DNA of 64,000 nt from Laspinema palackyanum D2b (GTDB lineage Bacteria > Cyanobacteriota > Cyanobacteriia > Cyanobacteriales > Laspinemataceae). Positions 61,718-64,000 of this stretch are shown here, one piece after another. The notes beneath the pieces are model-generated. The model saw only the letters and a list, made by a program, of their open reading frames with translations, did not search any database and had not been told where the DNA came from. Both the position numbers and the translations under genes were made by a program. The stretch is from assembly GCF_025370835.1 (NCBI RefSeq), contig NZ_JAMXFE010000013.1, one strand, 5' to 3'. How positions within the stretch are numbered: the first letter of the stretch is position 1; every line of letters begins with the position of its first letter.

Positions 61718-61978
61718 CCCGATTAGGACGGATACCCAATCCGGTTTTCGGAGGTTGACAAACACCCCCACTCGCAACGGTGTGGGGTGTTTACTCTGAA
61801 ATCTGCGTCTCGATCGCCCGGTTGATGTCATCGATTCCTGGGAATTTTGGTCACTTTATTCCCCTGTTTTACTTCCTTCTGTTTTCAAGAAAACTAACGC
61901 CGGGTTAATTCTTCCTCAAATGGGATAAACTAATTGGAACCCTGAAATGAGGGGCGAGAATGGAGTGAGGGAACGTCA

Positions 61979-63712
61979 ATGAGTTATAGAATGGACCGCC
62001 GCGCTTATGCGGAAACTTATGGCCCAACGGTGGGCGATCGCATTCGGTTAGCCGATACAGAATTATTTATTGAAGTTGAACAAGACTTTACCACCTACGG
62101 TGATGAAGTGAAATTTGGTGGGGGGAAAGTCATCCGCGATGGCATGGGACAATCCCCCATTGCCAATGATAGCGGGGCGGTGGATTTAGTGATTACCAAT
62201 GCGGTGATTCTGGATTGGTGGGGAGTGGTGAAAGCCGATGTGGGAATCCGGGATGGCAAAATATTTAAAATTGGTAAGGCGGGAAATCCTTATATCCAAG
62301 ATCATGTTGATATTATTATCGGTCCGGGAACCGAGGCGATCGCCGGGGAAGGGATGATTCTCACAGCCGGGGGAATCGATGCCCATATACACTTTATTTG
62401 TCCCCAACAGATTGAGGTGGCGATCGCCTCGGGAATTACCACCATGTTAGGCGGGGGAACTGGACCCGCCACCGGGACAAATGCTACCACCTGTACCCCG
62501 GGCCCTTGGAACATTCACCGGATGTTACAAGCAGCCGATGCCTTCCCTGTGAATCTCGGATTTATGGGAAAAGGCAACAGCAGCAGACCCCGGGCCTTGG
62601 TGGAACAGGTTCTCGCGGGTGCAATGGGATTAAAATTACATGAAGACTGGGGAACCACTCCAGCGGCGATCGATACTTGTCTGACAGTTGCCGATGAGTA
62701 TGATGTGCAAGTTGCTATCCATACCGATACCCTGAATGAAGCGGGATTTGTGGAACAAACCATCGCCGCCTTTAAAGACCGCACCATTCATACTTACCAT
62801 ACCGAAGGGGCTGGTGGGGGACACGCCCCGGATATTATCAAGGTTTGCGGACAAAAAAATGTCCTCCCCTCTTCCACCAATCCCACCCGCCCTTATACCG
62901 TTAATACCTTAGAAGAACATCTGGATATGCTGATGGTTTGTCACCATCTCGATCGCAGTATTCCCGAAGATGTCGCCTTTGCTGAATCCCGCATCCGTCG
63001 GGAAACCATTGCTGCCGAGGATATTTTACATGACCTCGGGGCGTTTAGTATGATTTCCTCCGATTCTCAGGCAATGGGACGGGTGGGAGAAACCATCATT
63101 CGCACTTGGCAAACGGCCCATAAAATGAAGGTACAGCGCGGGTTTTTGTCCCCGGATGACCGGAAAGATGGGATTCCCAGTACCACAGAACATGATAATT
63201 TCCGGGCGCGACGTTATATTGCTAAATATACGATTAATCCCGCAATTGCTCATGGGATTTCTAATTATGTAGGGTCGATTGAAGAAGGCAAACTGGCGGA
63301 TTTATGTTTGTGGCGTCCGGCATTTTTTGGGGTGAAACCGGAACTGGTGATCAAAGGGGGGGCGATCGCCTATGCCCAAATGGGAGATGCCAATGCCAGT
63401 ATTCCCACTCCCCAACCGATCCATTCTCAGCCGATGTTTGCTAGTTTTGGAGGGTCTCGGACGGCGACATCTTTTACTTTTGTCTCCCAAGCGGCATTGG
63501 AGTTAGAAATACCAACTCAGTTAGGGTTGCGAAAACAGGCGATCGCGGTTTCAGACACGCGGAAGGTGGGGAAACGGGATATGAAATTAAATGAGACCCT
63601 GCCTTATATTGAAGTTGATCCAGAAACCTATCAAGTTTGGGCGGATGGTCAATTACTCACCTGTGAACCGGCACAAGTGTTGCCCTTGGCGCAGCGGTAT
63701 TTTCTGTTTTAA
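61979..63712 (+). CDS. ureC: Urease alpha subunit
   Basis: [29 protein letters not shown]...GIDAHIHF...MVCHHLD and the other active-site motifs. Confidence 0.95.
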   Translation: MSYRMDRRAYAETYGPTVGDRIRLADTELFIEVEQDFTTYGDEVKFGGGKVIRDGMGQSPIANDSGAVDLVITNAVILDWWGVVKADVGIRDGKIFKIGKAGNPYIQDHVDIIIGPGTEAIAGEGMILTAGGIDAHIHFICPQQIEVAIASGITTMLGGGTGPATGTNATTCTPGPWNIHRMLQAADAFPVNLGFMGKGNSSRPRALVEQVLAGAMGLKLHEDWGTTPAAIDTCLTVADEYDVQVAIHTDTLNEAGFVEQTIAAFKDRTIHTYHTEGAGGGHAPDIIKVCGQKNVLPSSTNPTRPYTVNTLEEHLDMLMVCHHLDRSIPEDVAFAESRIRRETIAAEDILHDLGAFSMISSDSQAMGRVGETIIRTWQTAHKMKVQRGFLSPDDRKDGIPSTTEHDNFRARRYIAKYTINPAIAHGISNYVGSIEEGKLADLCLWRPAFFGVKPELVIKGGAIAYAQMGDANASIPTPQPIHSQPMFASFGGSRTATSFTFVSQAALELEIPTQLGLRKQAIAVSDTRKVGKRDMKLNETLPYIEVDPETYQVWADGQLLTCEPAQVLPLAQRYFLF

Positions 63713-64000
63713 GTTGCAACAACCGGCGGGTTTTAAGTTGCAACAACCGGCGGGGGTTAAAACCCCCGCCTAATAGCTAAAGTCGGTTGAAACCGACTGT
63801 GAAAGTCTTATTTAGTGGTGTTTTTAGTCGGTTGAAACCGACTGTGAAAATCTTATTTAGTGGTGTTTTTAGTCGGTTTTAACCGACTTTAGCTATTAGC
63901 TGGGGGTTTTAACCCCCAGCGGGCTGTGAAAATCTTATTTAGTGGTGTTTTTAGTCGGTTTTAACCGACTTTAGCTATTAGCTGGGGGTTTTAACCCCCA
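63713..64000. repeat. Palindromic repeat block of the same family as 23911-24175 (GGGGGTTAAAACCCCCGCC; AGTCGGTTGAAACCGACT; GTGGTGTTTTTAGTCGGTT(TT)AACCGACT direct repeats), running to the window end
   Basis: Direct reading; at least 3 tandem units. Confidence 0.7.

Noticed and set aside
7647-62854. Numerous 60-220-aa ORFs antisense to or out of frame within large confident genes (for example 8211..8459, 15036..15440, 25534..25782, 35435..36034, 44992..45639, 56868..57152, 62186..62854)
   Set aside because: Embedded in strongly supported CDSs (kinase, GTPase, GH15, pgk, adhE, MVP, ureC). Typical spurious shadow ORFs in GC-biased DNA.
61979-63712. Absence of ureA/ureB next to ureC as an anomaly
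   Set aside because: Urease subunit genes are commonly dispersed in cyanobacterial genomes, so this is not unusual on its own.
1-64000. rRNA and tRNA genes
   Set aside because: No stretch resembling the tRNA T-arm (GTTCGAATC-type) or rRNA conserved blocks was spotted by eye in intergenic regions. tRNAs cannot be fully excluded without tRNAscan-SE.

Overview
This 64 kb window looks like cyanobacterial chromosome. The HIP1 octamer GCGATCGC recurs dozens of times, and the gene content (cyAbrB, LL-DAP aminotransferase, Uma2/DUF820 nucleases, CtpA, tandem Ser/Thr kinase-TPR) fits that. Housekeeping genes are interleaved with accessory islets of lower GC and with several unusual palindromic repeat families. 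Confident housekeeping calls are ispG, ctp (S41 protease), dapL, cysK, pgk, ylqF/rbgA, adhE, ureC, a tandem-ATPase ABC protein, a WecB/TagA glycosyltransferase, a prohibitin/SPFH protein, a Usp, a GNAT, a fasciclin protein and thioredoxin (partial at the window start).

Accessory content:
- A full-length homolog of the eukaryotic major vault protein (MVP, 882 aa; 55594-58242, minus strand) sits at the edge of a low-GC island. This is the most striking item.
- A two-gene module at 33723-35254, in a low-GC islet, pairs an AAA_21/ABC-type ATPase with a small predicted PD-(D/E)xK protein through a 4-bp overlap. It resembles Septu/PARIS-type defence modules but the partner is different.
- A cluster at 14681-19704 contains a large dynamin-like P-loop GTPase, a P-loop kinase, a Ras-like small GTPase and a tail-anchored membrane protein.
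- A STAND NB-ARC NTPase carries an N-terminal LuxR-like HTH. Nearby are a duplicated 5' fragment of the same gene, a zinc-ribbon mini-gene and an element flanked by 15-bp inverted repeats.
- A toxin-antitoxin-rich island (51.2-55.0 kb) holds a PIN/antitoxin pair, a Gp49/HigB-like toxin inactivated by an in-frame stop next to its HTH antitoxin, and orphan UPF0175, HicB and MNT genes.
- A 1049-aa protein has two tandem Ser/Thr kinase domains, both predicted to be pseudokinases, followed by TPRs.
- A 1138-aa protein is a GH15 glucoamylase-like / phosphorylase-kinase alpha/beta-like protein.
- A secreted CHAT protease follows an outer-membrane-like protein.

Several families of palindromic repeats occur. 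The ACGACTGAAGTCGT hairpin forms tandem arrays arranged as large inverted super-palindromes. The others are AGTCGGTTTAAACCGACT elements, AGAAACCCGGTTTCT hairpins and CCCCATCT-type satellites. I found no rRNA, tRNA or CRISPR array.
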